In this document: positions 8,679-18,827 of the stretch, piece after piece
Layout of the letters: each line of letters starts with the position of its first letter
Numbering within the stretch: the first letter of the stretch is position 1
DNA from: Oscillospiraceae bacterium
GTDB taxonomy: Bacteria > Bacillota > Clostridia > Oscillospirales > Acutalibacteraceae
Length of the DNA stretch: 37,787 nt
Reading direction: 5' to 3'
NCBI GenBank assembly: GCA_902796165.1
Contig: CADBOD010000020.1
Coordinates: forward strand, 1-37,787
Notes under the pieces: generated by a model
What the model was told of the DNA's origin: nothing
The model's database searches: none
What the model saw: the letters and a program-made list of their open reading frames with translations, nothing else
Translations under genes and position numbers: made by a program

Positions 8679-8692
8679 ATTTGTAAACTTTT

Positions 8693-11600
8693 TTAAAACA
8701 GTGACATCTGATTTGTATCGGGAAGGTCTGATAAAGCGCCAAGCTCGGAGAGCTTTTCTATAATTGTCTTTGAAACGCCTGCCGAGGCGGCAAAATCCTC
8801 TTTTGATATATAATCGCCCTTTTGCGCCGCTTCATATATAGAATATGCCGCTTTTTCGCCAACTCCTGAAAGCGCCCCGAAGGGAAGCCTCATCTTGCCG
8901 TTTTCCGGCAAGAACTTCATAGCGTGAGAGTGCTTTAAATCGACCGGCAAGACCTCTATTCCCCTTGCCATCATTTCGTTGAATATAAGCAGGTTATTAT
9001 AGATATCAAGTTCCTTTTTGGATGCTTCCTTTCCCTTTGCCGCGATATCGGCTATAAGCGATTTTACCGCCGTGTGTCCCTTTAACAAAGTGTCAACATC
9101 AACATCCTCAGGTCTTGCGGTAAAGTACGCGCAATAGTATTCAAGCGGTTTATGCACCTTATACCAACCTATTTTAAGCGCCGATATAACATACGCCGCC
9201 GCGTGTGCTTTCGGGAACATATACTCTATCTTTTTACAGCTTTGAATATACCACTCCGGCACTCCGACGGCACGCATATCCTCCGCCATACTGTTCCAAT
9301 CCTCTTCGGTTATCTTACCCTTTGCATACAAGCCCTTTCGCACCGTTTCGGTGATTTTAAACGCCCGGCTTTCATCCATACCCTTTTGTATAAGATAAAC
9401 CATTATATTATCTCTCGTTCCGATAACCTCACTGATTGTGCAGGTGCCGTTATCAATAAGGTCCTTTGCGTTGCCGTGCCACACATTAGTACCGTGTGAA
9501 AGTCCTGATATCTGCAAAAGGTCGGCAAAGGTTTTCGGCTTACAGTCAAGAAGCATATCGCGCGTGAGCTTAGTGCCGAACTCGGGAAGCCCCAGGGTGC
9601 CGGTTTTAGAGTATATTTCATCGGGCGATACGCCGAGCTCATCTGTTGAAATAAACAAATTCATAACCTGCTTATCACTCATTGAAACATCTCTAACAGG
9701 CACTCCCGAATACTCTTCAAGATACTTATATGTAGTGGGCACAACATGTCCCAGCTCATCCAGCTTTAAAATGGTATCGTGAATTGAATGGAAATCGAAA
9801 TGGGTGGTTACTATATCGGAATTTACATCGTCAGCCGGGTGCTGAACGGGGCAAAAATCATATATAGTCATATTATTCGGCACAACAATCATACCTGCCG
9901 GGTGCTGACCGGTGGTCATTTTTACCTTGGAATTTTCAACCGCCTTTGCAAGCCTGTTAAGCTCAGGCGTGCTTACCGCGATACCCATTTTTTCGGCGTA
10001 GGCTTTTACAAAGCCGAAAGCGGTTTTCTCGGCAATAGTGGTTATGGTTCCGGCTTTAAACACATTCTGAGCGCCGAAAAGAGTTTTGGTATAATCCTGA
10101 ACATCGTTCTGCACTTCATCAGAGAAGTTAAGGTCAATATCAGGCACCTTATCGCCCTTAAAGCCCAAAAATGTTTCAAATGGTATATTATGCCCGTCAC
10201 GGTTAAGCGGTGTGCCGCAATCGGGGCAATTCTTTTCCGGCAAATCAAAGCCCGAGCCATACTCATCACTGCCGAAAAATTCGCTGTGGTGGCAATTAGG
10301 GCAAACATAATGCGCCGGCAGAGGATTTACCTCGGATATACCTGCCATAGTAGCAACAAACGACGAGCCGACAGAGCCACGCGAGCCTACCAGATATCCC
10401 TTTTCCTCACTGTAAGCCACCAGCTTTTGCGCCGAGATATACATTATTGAAAATCCGTTGTTTATTATGGAGTCAAGCTCCTTTTTAAGCCTTTTTTCAA
10501 CTATTTCCGGGAGATTATCGCCGTATATACGGTGAGCGTTATCCCAACATATTTGCCGCAGCAAATCATCCGAGCCTTCAATGGTAGGAGGATAATTGCC
10601 CTCCGGCACGGGTATAACATCGCCTGACACCATATCCGCAATTTTATTGGGGTTATCAATAACAAACTCTTTTGCGCGCTCACCGAAATAATCAAAATCA
10701 GAAAGCATTTCCTCGGTGGTTTTGAAATAAAGCGGTGCTTGATACTGTATATCCTCAAACCCTTGACCTGCCAAAACTATCTGGCGAAGCACACCGTCCT
10801 CCTCACGAAGAAAATGCACATCGCCCGTTGCCACAACAGGCTTTGAAAGCTCGTCCGCTATCTCTACGATTTTACGGTTAAAGTCCTTAATAACCTCTAT
10901 GCTCGTAACATTTCTGAATCTGTTTTTAACGGTATTTCCCTTTTTATCAACCCTATCGGGTGCAGAGCTTTCACGCACCATAAATTCGTTATTCCCTATC
11001 GGTTGAATTTCAAGGTAATCATAATATTTTGCAATTTCTATAAGCTCATCGTGGCTCTTGCCATCTACAACCGCGCGGTAAAGCTCACCCTGCTCGCAGG
11101 CGGAGCCGATAATAAGTCCCTCACGGTATTTATCAAGCTCGCTTCTCAGCGTTATAGGTCGTGAATGGAAGCAGTTAAGATGAGCGCCTGACACGAGCTT
11201 ATAAAGATTTTTAAGACCGACGGCGTCCTTAACAAGTATTATCTGGTGATTTCTTATCCTCGACATTTCTTTTGAGGAAAGGTTTGAAATATCGTGTCGT
11301 ATATCGTCTATAAAATAGCTCTCTACTCCGTAGATAACCTTAAAATCTCCGCCGCCTTTTCTTATGCCTTTAACCGCGGCGGCAGCGGCGGGATATGCCT
11401 GAACTACTCCGTGGTCGGTTATAGCCACAGCCTTATGCCCCCAGCGGTAAGCGGTGTTTATAATATCACCGGCACTCGATACCGCATCCTTAGCGGACAT
11501 ATTGGTATGGCAATGAAGCTCTACGCGGCGAAGCCCGTCATACTTATCGGTTTTTTCATATTTCTTAACCTCTGCCAAAGCCTTTACATCCACAATAAAG

Positions 11601-12571
11601 CTATTTGACCAGTTATCAAATCCGTATTCGCCGTTTATAACGACAGCCGCACCGTCACGAAGATTTTTAAGTGATTTTTTGAAACGGGATATTTCCGAAT
11701 CAATATTTTCCACATACTTCGGGTCGAAAAACTTTTTGAGGTTTGCGGCAAAAGTATTAGTAGAGTCACTGAAATTGAATTTATATGTGACCATTCTGCC
11801 GCCACGGCGAGTGTTTACATCCCTCAGCTCTAAATTTGAAACCTCGCCCCAAACGCATATATTTATCCTCTCGTCGGGATTAGTAGGAGGTATGATGTTT
11901 TTAAGTGCCGTAACCTTAGTATCAATCTTCCTGCCGAAAAATATTTTTGCGCTTTCAAGGTAAACCGGCAAGCCATCCTTAGGCTTATAATCATAGACGA
12001 TTTCCGGCTCTTCTTTTTCTGTCTTCTTTTCTGTGGATTTCGCCTGAGAATCAGCCGGCACCTTTTGCTTTTTAGGCTCGGGCTTTAACTCAATTTCAAT
12101 ATCATCAAGCTGACCTGAAAAACTGATTTTCGGCACAAAGCCGAAAGCTGTGTTTACCTCGCGTGAAAAATTATTTTCAAACCCGCAGTCTATGATTTTC
12201 TTATATCCGCCGTATTTTAAAGCGATATCAATGCTATCGCCCTCAATCGAATACTCAGCGCCGTTAAAATATCCGTTTAAAGCAACGCTTTTATTACGGA
12301 GTTTTTTAATAATATCCTCAATAGCGGCGATACAAAAAGCCGATTTTTCAAACTTCACATCAATACTCACACTACTCAGTTTAAGGATTCCCTTAACCTC
12401 GCTTACAAACCGGTCTATATCTTTTTCGCTTATATAAATGCCGCTTTCAAGGGACAAGAAAAGTATGCGGTCTGACATATTCAAATCGCAATTTTTAAGC
12501 ACCGCGCCGCTAAACGCATTTGCCGTATCATCTGTTATGTAACTACCGAAAAGCCCCTTGAAATCCAACAT
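8693..12571 (-). CDS. polC: DNA polymerase III alpha subunit, PolC type, without the internal 3'-5' exonuclease domain
   Basis: PolC N-terminal domain and an OB fold (ICVWGEVSNLELRD...) are present. PHP motifs: VELHCHTNMS and AITDHGVVQ. Zn finger: CPNCHHSEFF...CPDCGTPL. Palm: THFDFHSIHDTILKLDELGH. PFGALSGVG and the C-terminal ...NQMSLF are also present. The protein is 1292 aa versus about 1430-1450 aa for canonical PolC. SD GAGGT lies 5 nt before ATG 12571 and overlaps the ispG stop. Confidence 0.9.
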   Translation of the reverse strand: MLDFKGLFGSYITDDTANAFSGAVLKNCDLNMSDRILFLSLESGIYISEKDIDRFVSEVKGILKLSSVSIDVKFEKSAFCIAAIEDIIKKLRNKSVALNGYFNGAEYSIEGDSIDIALKYGGYKKIIDCGFENNFSREVNTAFGFVPKISFSGQLDDIEIELKPEPKKQKVPADSQAKSTEKKTEKEEPEIVYDYKPKDGLPVYLESAKIFFGRKIDTKVTALKNIIPPTNPDERINICVWGEVSNLELRDVNTRRGGRMVTYKFNFSDSTNTFAANLKKFFDPKYVENIDSEISRFKKSLKNLRDGAAVVINGEYGFDNWSNSFIVDVKALAEVKKYEKTDKYDGLRRVELHCHTNMSAKDAVSSAGDIINTAYRWGHKAVAITDHGVVQAYPAAAAAVKGIRKGGGDFKVIYGVESYFIDDIRHDISNLSSKEMSRIRNHQIILVKDAVGLKNLYKLVSGAHLNCFHSRPITLRSELDKYREGLIIGSACEQGELYRAVVDGKSHDELIEIAKYYDYLEIQPIGNNEFMVRESSAPDRVDKKGNTVKNRFRNVTSIEVIKDFNRKIVEIADELSKPVVATGDVHFLREEDGVLRQIVLAGQGFEDIQYQAPLYFKTTEEMLSDFDYFGERAKEFVIDNPNKIADMVSGDVIPVPEGNYPPTIEGSDDLLRQICWDNAHRIYGDNLPEIVEKRLKKELDSIINNGFSIMYISAQKLVAYSEEKGYLVGSRGSVGSSFVATMAGISEVNPLPAHYVCPNCHHSEFFGSDEYGSGFDLPEKNCPDCGTPLNRDGHNIPFETFLGFKGDKVPDIDLNFSDEVQNDVQDYTKTLFGAQNVFKAGTITTIAEKTAFGFVKAYAEKMGIAVSTPELNRLAKAVENSKVKMTTGQHPAGMIVVPNNMTIYDFCPVQHPADDVNSDIVTTHFDFHSIHDTILKLDELGHVVPTTYKYLEEYSGVPVRDVSMSDKQVMNLFISTDELGVSPDEIYSKTGTLGLPEFGTKLTRDMLLDCKPKTFADLLQISGLSHGTNVWHGNAKDLIDNGTCTISEVIGTRDNIMVYLIQKGMDESRAFKITETVRKGLYAKGKITEEDWNSMAEDMRAVGVPEWYIQSCKKIEYMFPKAHAAAYVISALKIGWYKVHKPLEYYCAYFTARPEDVDVDTLLKGHTAVKSLIADIAAKGKEASKKELDIYNNLLIFNEMMARGIEVLPVDLKHSHAMKFLPENGKMRLPFGALSGVGEKAAYSIYEAAQKGDYISKEDFAASAGVSKTIIEKLSELGALSDLPDTNQMSLF

Positions 12572-12580
12572 TTTTTACCT

Positions 12581-13636
12581 CTACATATTTTCTATTTCTG
12601 ATATAAGTGTATCTAAAAGCCTGTCCTCAGGTATGCCGGAGCTAACTATCTTACCCTTTTTAAAGAGAACTCCGCTGTTTTTTCCGCCTGCGATACCGAT
12701 ATCCGCCGCCGCCGCTTCACCCGGACCGTTTACAACACAACCCATAATTGCAACCGTGATATTCTTTTTAACGCCCGAAAGCCGCTTTTCAGCCTGCTTT
12801 GCAATACCGATAAGGTCAATCTGTGTTCTGCCGCAGGTGGGGCAGGATACAAACCTGATACCTTCGTTTCTCATACCTATTGCCGAAAGCAGTTTTTTTG
12901 CCGCCTCAACCTCTTTTAAGGGGTCATCAGTCAAGGAAATGCGAATTGTATCGCCGATACCTCTGAGAAGTAATCCGCCTATGCCTGCCGATGACTTTAT
13001 AACGCCCGTATTCTCAGTACCGGCTTCGGTTACTCCCAAATGAAGCGGATATTTAACTTTTTCCGCCGCCAGCACATACGCGTTATACATCACCGTAACA
13101 TTGGATGATTTGAGTGACAAAATTATATCGTCAAAGTCGTATTTTTCAAGTAATCCTATATGATAAAGACCGCTTTCAACGAGCGCCTCTGGTGTAACCT
13201 TTTTATAGCGTGCAAGTATGCTTTTTTCAAGCGAGCCTGAATTTACACCTATTCTTATGGGGATATTACGCGCCTTACACGCCTTTACAACCTCTTTTAC
13301 TCCCGCTTCGTCCCCGATATTGCCCGGATTTATTCTTATTTTATCCGCGCCTGCTTTGGCGGACAAAACCGCCAATCGCCAATCGAAATGGATATCCGCT
13401 ACTATCGGAATATTCACATTTTCTTTCAGGCTTTCGAGTGTTTTCACAGCATCGGCATCCGGAACGGAAACACGGAGAATTTCACAACCGGCTTCTTCTA
13501 ACACCTTTGCCGCGGATACATTGCCTTTTATATCGTGCGCCGGCACTGCTAACATTGACTGAATACTTACAGGCGCTCCTGCGCCGACAGGCACCGTGCC
13601 GACATTTACACGCTTTGTGGTTTTATTTGTGTTCAC
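12581..13636 (-). CDS. ispG: 4-hydroxy-3-methylbut-2-en-1-yl diphosphate synthase (MEP pathway)
   Basis: GcpE motifs VGTVPVGAGAPVSIQSM and RINPGNIG. 4Fe-4S ligand region VSCPTCGRT...GCVVNGPGE. The start is GTG 13636, preceded by AGGTGA. Confidence 0.93.
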   Translation of the reverse strand: MNTNKTTKRVNVGTVPVGAGAPVSIQSMLAVPAHDIKGNVSAAKVLEEAGCEILRVSVPDADAVKTLESLKENVNIPIVADIHFDWRLAVLSAKAGADKIRINPGNIGDEAGVKEVVKACKARNIPIRIGVNSGSLEKSILARYKKVTPEALVESGLYHIGLLEKYDFDDIILSLKSSNVTVMYNAYVLAAEKVKYPLHLGVTEAGTENTGVIKSSAGIGGLLLRGIGDTIRISLTDDPLKEVEAAKKLLSAIGMRNEGIRFVSCPTCGRTQIDLIGIAKQAEKRLSGVKKNITVAIMGCVVNGPGEAAAADIGIAGGKNSGVLFKKGKIVSSGIPEDRLLDTLISEIENM

Positions 13637-13644
13637 AAAATCAC

Positions 13645-14667
13645 CTACTTAAATATGAGTGACCAAATATCCTTTAAGGTTACGAGAAGCATAAAGCCTA
13701 TCAGTATTATAAACCCGACTGTGTGAACGAGCGATTCATACTTCTCGGGCACCTTTCTGCGACTTATCATTTCTATAAATATAAACAGTAATCTGCCGCC
13801 GTCAAGCGCGGGAAGCGGCAAGAGATTGAAGAGTCCCAAATTTATAGTAATAAGCGCCGCTATCGGCAAAATGTTTCTGAGGCTTTGCTTTGCGGCTGAG
13901 CCTATCGCCGCCGTAACGCCGACAGGACCGGACACCGCGCTGATACCGTATTTACCGGAAATAAGGTCAATAAGCGAGCGCCAAATGACCGCGCAGTACG
14001 AAACGCCCGTTTTAAAGGTTTCGGATATGAAGCTCAAAAATGTTTTTTCCCTGCCGTAAACCCGAAAATCAACCTTTATATATGAAATACCGTTTTCTTC
14101 ATCTGTATCAAATCTTATCGCGCGGAGCTTTACATCTTCGCCGTCACGCAAAACGGTCATATCCACTGTACCGCCCTTAACATTTGTAAAGGCGTAACTC
14201 AAATCATAGGTGGTAAAGATTTTTCTGCCGTCAACCGATAAGATTTTATCATTTACTTTAAGACCTGATTGCTCACTTACGGCATTTTCGGAAAACTCCG
14301 CTATTGTGGTAGTGGTAAATCTTTTTTCAGGCGCCAACACCGCCGCTACCAAAATAAAGCCTAAAATAAGATTAAAGGTGGCGCCCATAACAACAATTAT
14401 AAATCTGCGCCAAGCCGGTTTATTGCAAAAAGCACGAGGGTCACTGCTCTCGGTATCCTCGCCCTCCATAGAGCAGTATCCGCCGAGCGGAATGAGATTT
14501 GCTTTATACACTGTTTCTCCCATTTTCTTTGAGAACAGCTTTGGCCCGAAGCCTACCGCAAACTCATTAACTCTGACGCCTAACAGCTTTGCCGCTATAA
14601 AATGACCGAACTCGTGAATAATAATCAGCGCAATAAAAATAAGCACCGCCACAAGATACGGCCACAC
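13645..14667 (-). CDS. rseP: RIP (site-2) zinc metalloprotease, M50 family, with a PDZ domain
   Basis: HEFGHF zinc motif in TM1, a central PDZ-like segment, and NLLPLPALDGG near the C-terminus. GTG start. Confidence 0.9.
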   Translation of the reverse strand: MWPYLVAVLIFIALIIIHEFGHFIAAKLLGVRVNEFAVGFGPKLFSKKMGETVYKANLIPLGGYCSMEGEDTESSDPRAFCNKPAWRRFIIVVMGATFNLILGFILVAAVLAPEKRFTTTTIAEFSENAVSEQSGLKVNDKILSVDGRKIFTTYDLSYAFTNVKGGTVDMTVLRDGEDVKLRAIRFDTDEENGISYIKVDFRVYGREKTFLSFISETFKTGVSYCAVIWRSLIDLISGKYGISAVSGPVGVTAAIGSAAKQSLRNILPIAALITINLGLFNLLPLPALDGGRLLFIFIEMISRRKVPEKYESLVHTVGFIILIGFMLLVTLKDIWSLIFK

Positions 14668-14701
14668 ATTACCCCAAATACCAGCAACGAAAGAAATAAA
14701 A

Positions 14702-15838
14702 TCACACCCTACTCATCACAAATTCACGCGCCGCACTATCGGCATACAATATGTCCTCAATAGTATAATCATCCTTGCTTTTCGCGTTAAGCATTGCCTC
14801 TTCATTAAGCTCGGCTATCTGCAAAAAACCGATTTTCCCCTTCAAAAACAAAGATACTGCCTGCTCGTTAGCACCGTTTATCGCCGCCGGATAAAGCCCG
14901 CCCTTTTTTATTGCCTCAATACAAAGCGGCAAGCAACGAAATGTCTTAGTATCGGGCTTTGAAAAGGTAAGCGTTCCGATATCGGCAAGGCTTAATTTTT
15001 CAAAAGAAATACCCCTTTCGGGATATGTAAAGGCATACTGAATGGGTATTTTCATATCGGGCGTACCCATTTGACCTATAACCGCGCCGTCAGACAACTC
15101 CACCGCCGAGTGAAGAATACTCTGCCTGTGAATTAAAACCTCTATATCATCCGGTTTAACACCGAACAGGTGAACGGCTTCAATCACTTCAAGTCCCTTA
15201 TTCATAAGAGTTGCACTGTCAATAGTGATTTTACTGCCCATAGACCAGTTTGGATGTTTAAGCGCATCCGCCGCACGAACATTTTTAAGTTCATCCCGGC
15301 TCTTTCCGTAAAACGGGCCGCCGGAAGCCGTAAGCAATATTCTTTTTAGACTGCCGGAGGGTACTCCTTGAAGGGATTGAAAAATTGCCGAATGTTCACT
15401 ATCCACCGGCAAAATTCTGACATTTTTTTCAGCACACATCCGGTTTATTATACGCCCTGCGGTAACCATAGTTTCCTTATTCGCAAGGGCAATATCCGAG
15501 CCGGCATCAATCGCCGCCACTGTGGGTTTGAGCCCTGCCACCCCCACAATCGCAGTGAGCACGATATCGGCGCCTATGCCTGCCGCCTCAACAACACCGC
15601 TTTCGCCGGAAGAAACCTTAATATCGGTATCCTTTAACGCGGCTTTTAGTTTTTGAGCCGCGATTGCATCAAATACGGCAACTACTTTGGGGCGAAACTG
15701 CCTTGCCTGCTTTTCTAAAAGCTCTATATTTCTGCCTGCGGCAAGGGAAACCACCTTAAAATCCCCGCTTTTTGAAATTACATCAAGCGCCTGAGTTCCT
15801 ATTGAACCGGTAGAGCCTAAAATTGCAATACTCTTCAT
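14702..15838 (-). CDS. dxr: 1-deoxy-D-xylulose 5-phosphate reductoisomerase
   Basis: Motifs ILGSTGSIGTQALDV, LANKE, PVDSEHSA and HPNWSMG. The start overlaps the cdsA stop (ATGA). Confidence 0.95.
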   Translation of the reverse strand: MKSIAILGSTGSIGTQALDVISKSGDFKVVSLAAGRNIELLEKQARQFRPKVVAVFDAIAAQKLKAALKDTDIKVSSGESGVVEAAGIGADIVLTAIVGVAGLKPTVAAIDAGSDIALANKETMVTAGRIINRMCAEKNVRILPVDSEHSAIFQSLQGVPSGSLKRILLTASGGPFYGKSRDELKNVRAADALKHPNWSMGSKITIDSATLMNKGLEVIEAVHLFGVKPDDIEVLIHRQSILHSAVELSDGAVIGQMGTPDMKIPIQYAFTYPERGISFEKLSLADIGTLTFSKPDTKTFRCLPLCIEAIKKGGLYPAAINGANEQAVSLFLKGKIGFLQIAELNEEAMLNAKSKDDYTIEDILYADSAAREFVMSRV

Positions 15839-16701
15839 TTTAAAACACCTAAAAGAATGAGTGATAATAACGCCGGTGAAATAAACAGAATACTATCAAA
15901 TCTATCAAGTATTCCGCCGTGACCGGGGATTAAATTACTGTAATCCTTAACCCCTACGCTTCGTTTGATTATTGAAGCGAAAAGGTCGCCGAGCATCCCC
16001 ACAATACACATAACTACCGTAACACCGAGCATTATGAAGATATTTACAGATACTTTAAACGCGATGAACAAAACAACGGTTATAATAAGGCTTGCCGCAA
16101 TACCGCCCACGGCGCCCTCAACAGTCTTTTTAGGGCTTACATGTTCACATAGCTTGTGCTTTCCGAAGAACACACCCGTAAAGTATGCGCCGGTATCGCA
16201 AACACTTGAAAAATTTATCACCAACAATAAATAGTATATTCCCTGAGGTCTTGTAATAATACAATCAAGCGTTGCGAATGCGGTACTATAAAGAAGCGGA
16301 ACACCCAAAAGCGCGAAGATTTCTTTAATATTAAATTCCTTTTTCTCGAATATGACAGAGAGTGTAAAAAGTATCACATAAAGGATTGTGATAAGCAAAA
16401 GCACCGATAAACAATAGCTTATACGCTTTATATCCATGCTGATATTCTTTACAAGGACATCATAAGAGTTATGGAATATATCACAAACACAAAAGAATGC
16501 CGCGGCTGCGTAAACGCAGGCGGCGGTTTTTCTGAAAACAGTGCCGGTTTTAACGATATGCTGCATTATTTCGTAGCTTGCCGCTACCGCCAGAATTGCT
16601 ATAAACACCGTTATAATCAAGGTGTTATACTTTAATCCCGCCCACAAAGCCGCAATCACAACGGCTATCATAACGGCGGCAGATATTATCCTCGTTTTCA
16701 T
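15835..16701 (-). CDS. cdsA: Phosphatidate cytidylyltransferase (CDP-diglyceride synthase)
   Basis: Polytopic membrane protein carrying the signature SPKKTVEGAVGG...GDLFASIIKRSVGVKDYSNLIPGHGGILDRFDS. Confidence 0.9.
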   Translation of the reverse strand: MKTRIISAAVMIAVVIAALWAGLKYNTLIITVFIAILAVAASYEIMQHIVKTGTVFRKTAACVYAAAAFFCVCDIFHNSYDVLVKNISMDIKRISYCLSVLLLITILYVILFTLSVIFEKKEFNIKEIFALLGVPLLYSTAFATLDCIITRPQGIYYLLLVINFSSVCDTGAYFTGVFFGKHKLCEHVSPKKTVEGAVGGIAASLIITVVLFIAFKVSVNIFIMLGVTVVMCIVGMLGDLFASIIKRSVGVKDYSNLIPGHGGILDRFDSILFISPALLSLILLGVLK

Positions 16702-16712
16702 AAATTCCCCTT

Positions 16713-17429
16713 CTAAATTCCGCCAAATCTTCTGTTTCTTCGGCTGAAATCCTCAATGGCGCGGTCTAAATCCTTTGGCCCGAAATCCGGCCAAAGAATA
16801 TCGGAAAACCAATACTCCGCATAAGCCGACTGCCATATAAGGTAATTTGAAAGTCTGTATTCGCCACTCGGTCTGATAATAAAATCAGGGTCAGGCTGAC
16901 CGGCGGTATAAAGATGCTCGCTTATAGTCTGCTCGGTTATATCCTCGGCATTTATCCCCTCGGCTACTATTCGCTTTACCGCGTGGACTATCTCATCCCT
17001 GCCGCCGTAATTAAGCGCAATATTGAGGTGAAGCCCGGTAGCACTCGCGGAATCCGCCTCGGCTTTTAACATAAGCTCTTTTATATCATCGGCAAGCGGC
17101 TCTCTATCCCCTATAAATTCGAGCTTTATATTTTCATCCTTAAAGCTATCGGTATCTTTAAGATAATCGCGAAGTATATTCATTATGTTATCAACCTCAG
17201 ACTTGGGTCTTTTCCAATTCTCGGTTGAAAAGGCATAAACGGTGAGATACTTAATGCCTATTTTATTACAGTATCGCGCTATTGATTTAAAGGTTTTAGA
17301 GCCTGCCGCGTGACCGGCAGTGCGCGGCAGAGAGCGTTTTTTCGCCCATCTGCCGTTACCGTCCATAATAATAGCGATATGAGTGGGCAAAATTCGCTCC
17401 TCATCGCTTTTTTTCTTTTTAAAGAACAA
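16713..17429 (-). CDS. uppS: Isoprenyl transferase / undecaprenyl diphosphate synthase
   Basis: Motifs HIAIIMDGNGRWA, YAFSTENWKRP and IRPSGEYRLSN. The start is TTG, with GGAGGG 9 nt upstream. Confidence 0.93.
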   Translation of the reverse strand: MFFKKKKSDEERILPTHIAIIMDGNGRWAKKRSLPRTAGHAAGSKTFKSIARYCNKIGIKYLTVYAFSTENWKRPKSEVDNIMNILRDYLKDTDSFKDENIKLEFIGDREPLADDIKELMLKAEADSASATGLHLNIALNYGGRDEIVHAVKRIVAEGINAEDITEQTISEHLYTAGQPDPDFIIRPSGEYRLSNYLIWQSAYAEYWFSDILWPDFGPKDLDRAIEDFSRRNRRFGGI

Positions 17430-17449
17430 AGCCGCTGTCCCTCCGAAAA

Positions 17450-18004
17450 TCAGATTTCCATTATTTCCTTTTCTTTCACCGCGGCGATGGAATCAATCTC
17501 CTTACAGAATTTATCCGTAAGATTTTGAATTTTCTTTTCTCCGTCCTTCTCATCATCCTCGGTTATTTCATTACTCTTTTTAAGCGCTTTAAGGTCATCA
17601 AGCGCCGTTCTGCGCTGATTTCTGATAGCAACCTTTGAATCCTCGCCTTTTTTGTGAACTTCCTTAACTATCTCTTTTCTGCGCTCCTCAGTAAGCGGCG
17701 GGAAATTAAGGCGGATAACCTTACCGTCGTTCTGAGGATTTATTCCTATCTCGGAAGTGAGTATCGCCTTTTCTATTTCTTTGAGAGTAGATGCATCCCA
17801 CGGCTGAATTAAAAGAGTTCTCGCCTCGGGAATTGAAATTGCCGCCATCTGCTGAACGGGAGTGGGTACGCCGTAATAATCCACCGTAACCCTTTCGAGA
17901 ACCGCCGCGGTAGCCCTGCCTGCTCTGATAGACTTATATTCCCTTTCGAGTGCCTCAACGGTTTTATTCATCTTTTCTTCGGTTCTTTTGAACAGCTCTT
18001 GCAT
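17450..18004 (-). CDS. frr: Ribosome recycling factor
   Basis: 184 aa. RRF pattern: LEREYKSIRAGRA...LLERVTVDYYG...ISIPEARTL.IQPWD...IRLNFPPLTEERRKE. Confidence 0.95.
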   Translation of the reverse strand: MQELFKRTEEKMNKTVEALEREYKSIRAGRATAAVLERVTVDYYGVPTPVQQMAAISIPEARTLLIQPWDASTLKEIEKAILTSEIGINPQNDGKVIRLNFPPLTEERRKEIVKEVHKKGEDSKVAIRNQRRTALDDLKALKKSNEITEDDEKDGEKKIQNLTDKFCKEIDSIAAVKEKEIMEI

Positions 18005-18021
18005 AAATTTTCCTCCCTTAA

Positions 18022-18726
18022 TTATTCTACCAATGTTCCGATAGTATCCCCCGTCATAGCGGAAACGATATTATCGGGATTATTAAGATTGAATACCAAT
18101 ATTTTAATGCCGTTATCCATACAAAGTGACGCCGCCGTGCTATCCATAACATGAAGCTCACGGGCAAGCACCTCATGGTGAGTGAGCTTATCAAACTTTT
18201 TAGCATCGGGATTGTTTTTCGGGTCGCAGTCATAAACGCCGTCAACATTAGTAGCCTTAAATATAACATCCGCGCCTATCTCTGCGGCTCTGAGCGCTGC
18301 TGCGGTATCGGTTGAGAAAAACGGATTTCCCGTACCGCAACCGAAAATTACAACTCTGCCCTTTTCGAGATGCCTTATTGCCTTATTTCTTATATACGGC
18401 TCGGCTATCTGGCGCATTTCAATAGCGGTTTGAACCCTCGAAGTAACGCCTAACTGTTCAAGCGCATCACACAGTGCCAATGAGTTTATTGTGGTTGCAA
18501 GCATACCCATATGGTCGGCTCTCGTTCTATCCATATCGCCGCTTGACCTGCCGCGCCAGAAGTTGCCGCCGCCTACTACTATCGCAACCTGAACACCCAT
18601 ATCAACGCAGGTTTTAACCCTTTGGCAAACATCCAGCACTTTATCAAAATCAATTCCGGTACCCTTAACGCCAGCCAAAACCTCACCGCTGAGTTTCAGC
18701 AAAACCCTCTTGTAAACAGGTTTCAT
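18022..18726 (-). CDS. pyrH: UMP kinase
   Basis: Motifs [21 protein letters not shown] and [12 protein letters not shown]. Start trimmed to ATG 18726. The GTG at 18735 used by the ORF track lies inside the SD (GAGGTG). Confidence 0.93.
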   Translation of the reverse strand: MKPVYKRVLLKLSGEVLAGVKGTGIDFDKVLDVCQRVKTCVDMGVQVAIVVGGGNFWRGRSSGDMDRTRADHMGMLATTINSLALCDALEQLGVTSRVQTAIEMRQIAEPYIRNKAIRHLEKGRVVIFGCGTGNPFFSTDTAAALRAAEIGADVIFKATNVDGVYDCDPKNNPDAKKFDKLTHHEVLARELHVMDSTAASLCMDNGIKILVFNLNNPDNIVSAMTGDTIGTLVE

Positions 18727-18761
18727 ATATGCCACCTCTTATAATATATTTTACTTATATT

Positions 18762-18790
18762 ATTTTACAATAAGGCGCAATTAAAGTCAA
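18762..18790 (-). promoter_or_regulatory. Sigma-A-type promoter for pyrH and the downstream cluster
   Basis: Minus strand reads TTGACT (18790-18785), 17-nt spacer ending in TG, TAAAAT (18767-18762). Confidence 0.55.
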
Positions 18791-18791
18791 C

Positions 18792-18818
18792 AAAAAATAA
18801 GGGCGGAAACCTCCGCCC
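18792..18818 (-). terminator. Rho-independent terminator after the SipL-like gene
   Basis: Minus strand reads gggcgga-gguu-uccgccc followed by TTATTTTTT. Confidence 0.8.
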
Positions 18819-18827
18819 CAAACAGAT

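Noticed and set aside
9788-10450. A 220-aa plus-strand ORF inside polC, and similar long ORFs antisense to coding genes (for example 3191-3559, 6418-6798, 9438-9782, 21612-21986, 35025-35393).
   Set aside because: Each lies entirely antisense to, or out of frame with, strongly motif-supported genes. The translations are low-complexity or Arg/Ile/Phe-rich with no recognisable motifs, and none has an SD. They are typical shadow ORFs.
12558-13662. Three plus-strand ORFs (161, 150 and 114 aa) overlapping ispG.
   Set aside because: They are antisense to a confidently identified ispG. The translations are Pro/Ser/Leu-rich nonsense with no start context.
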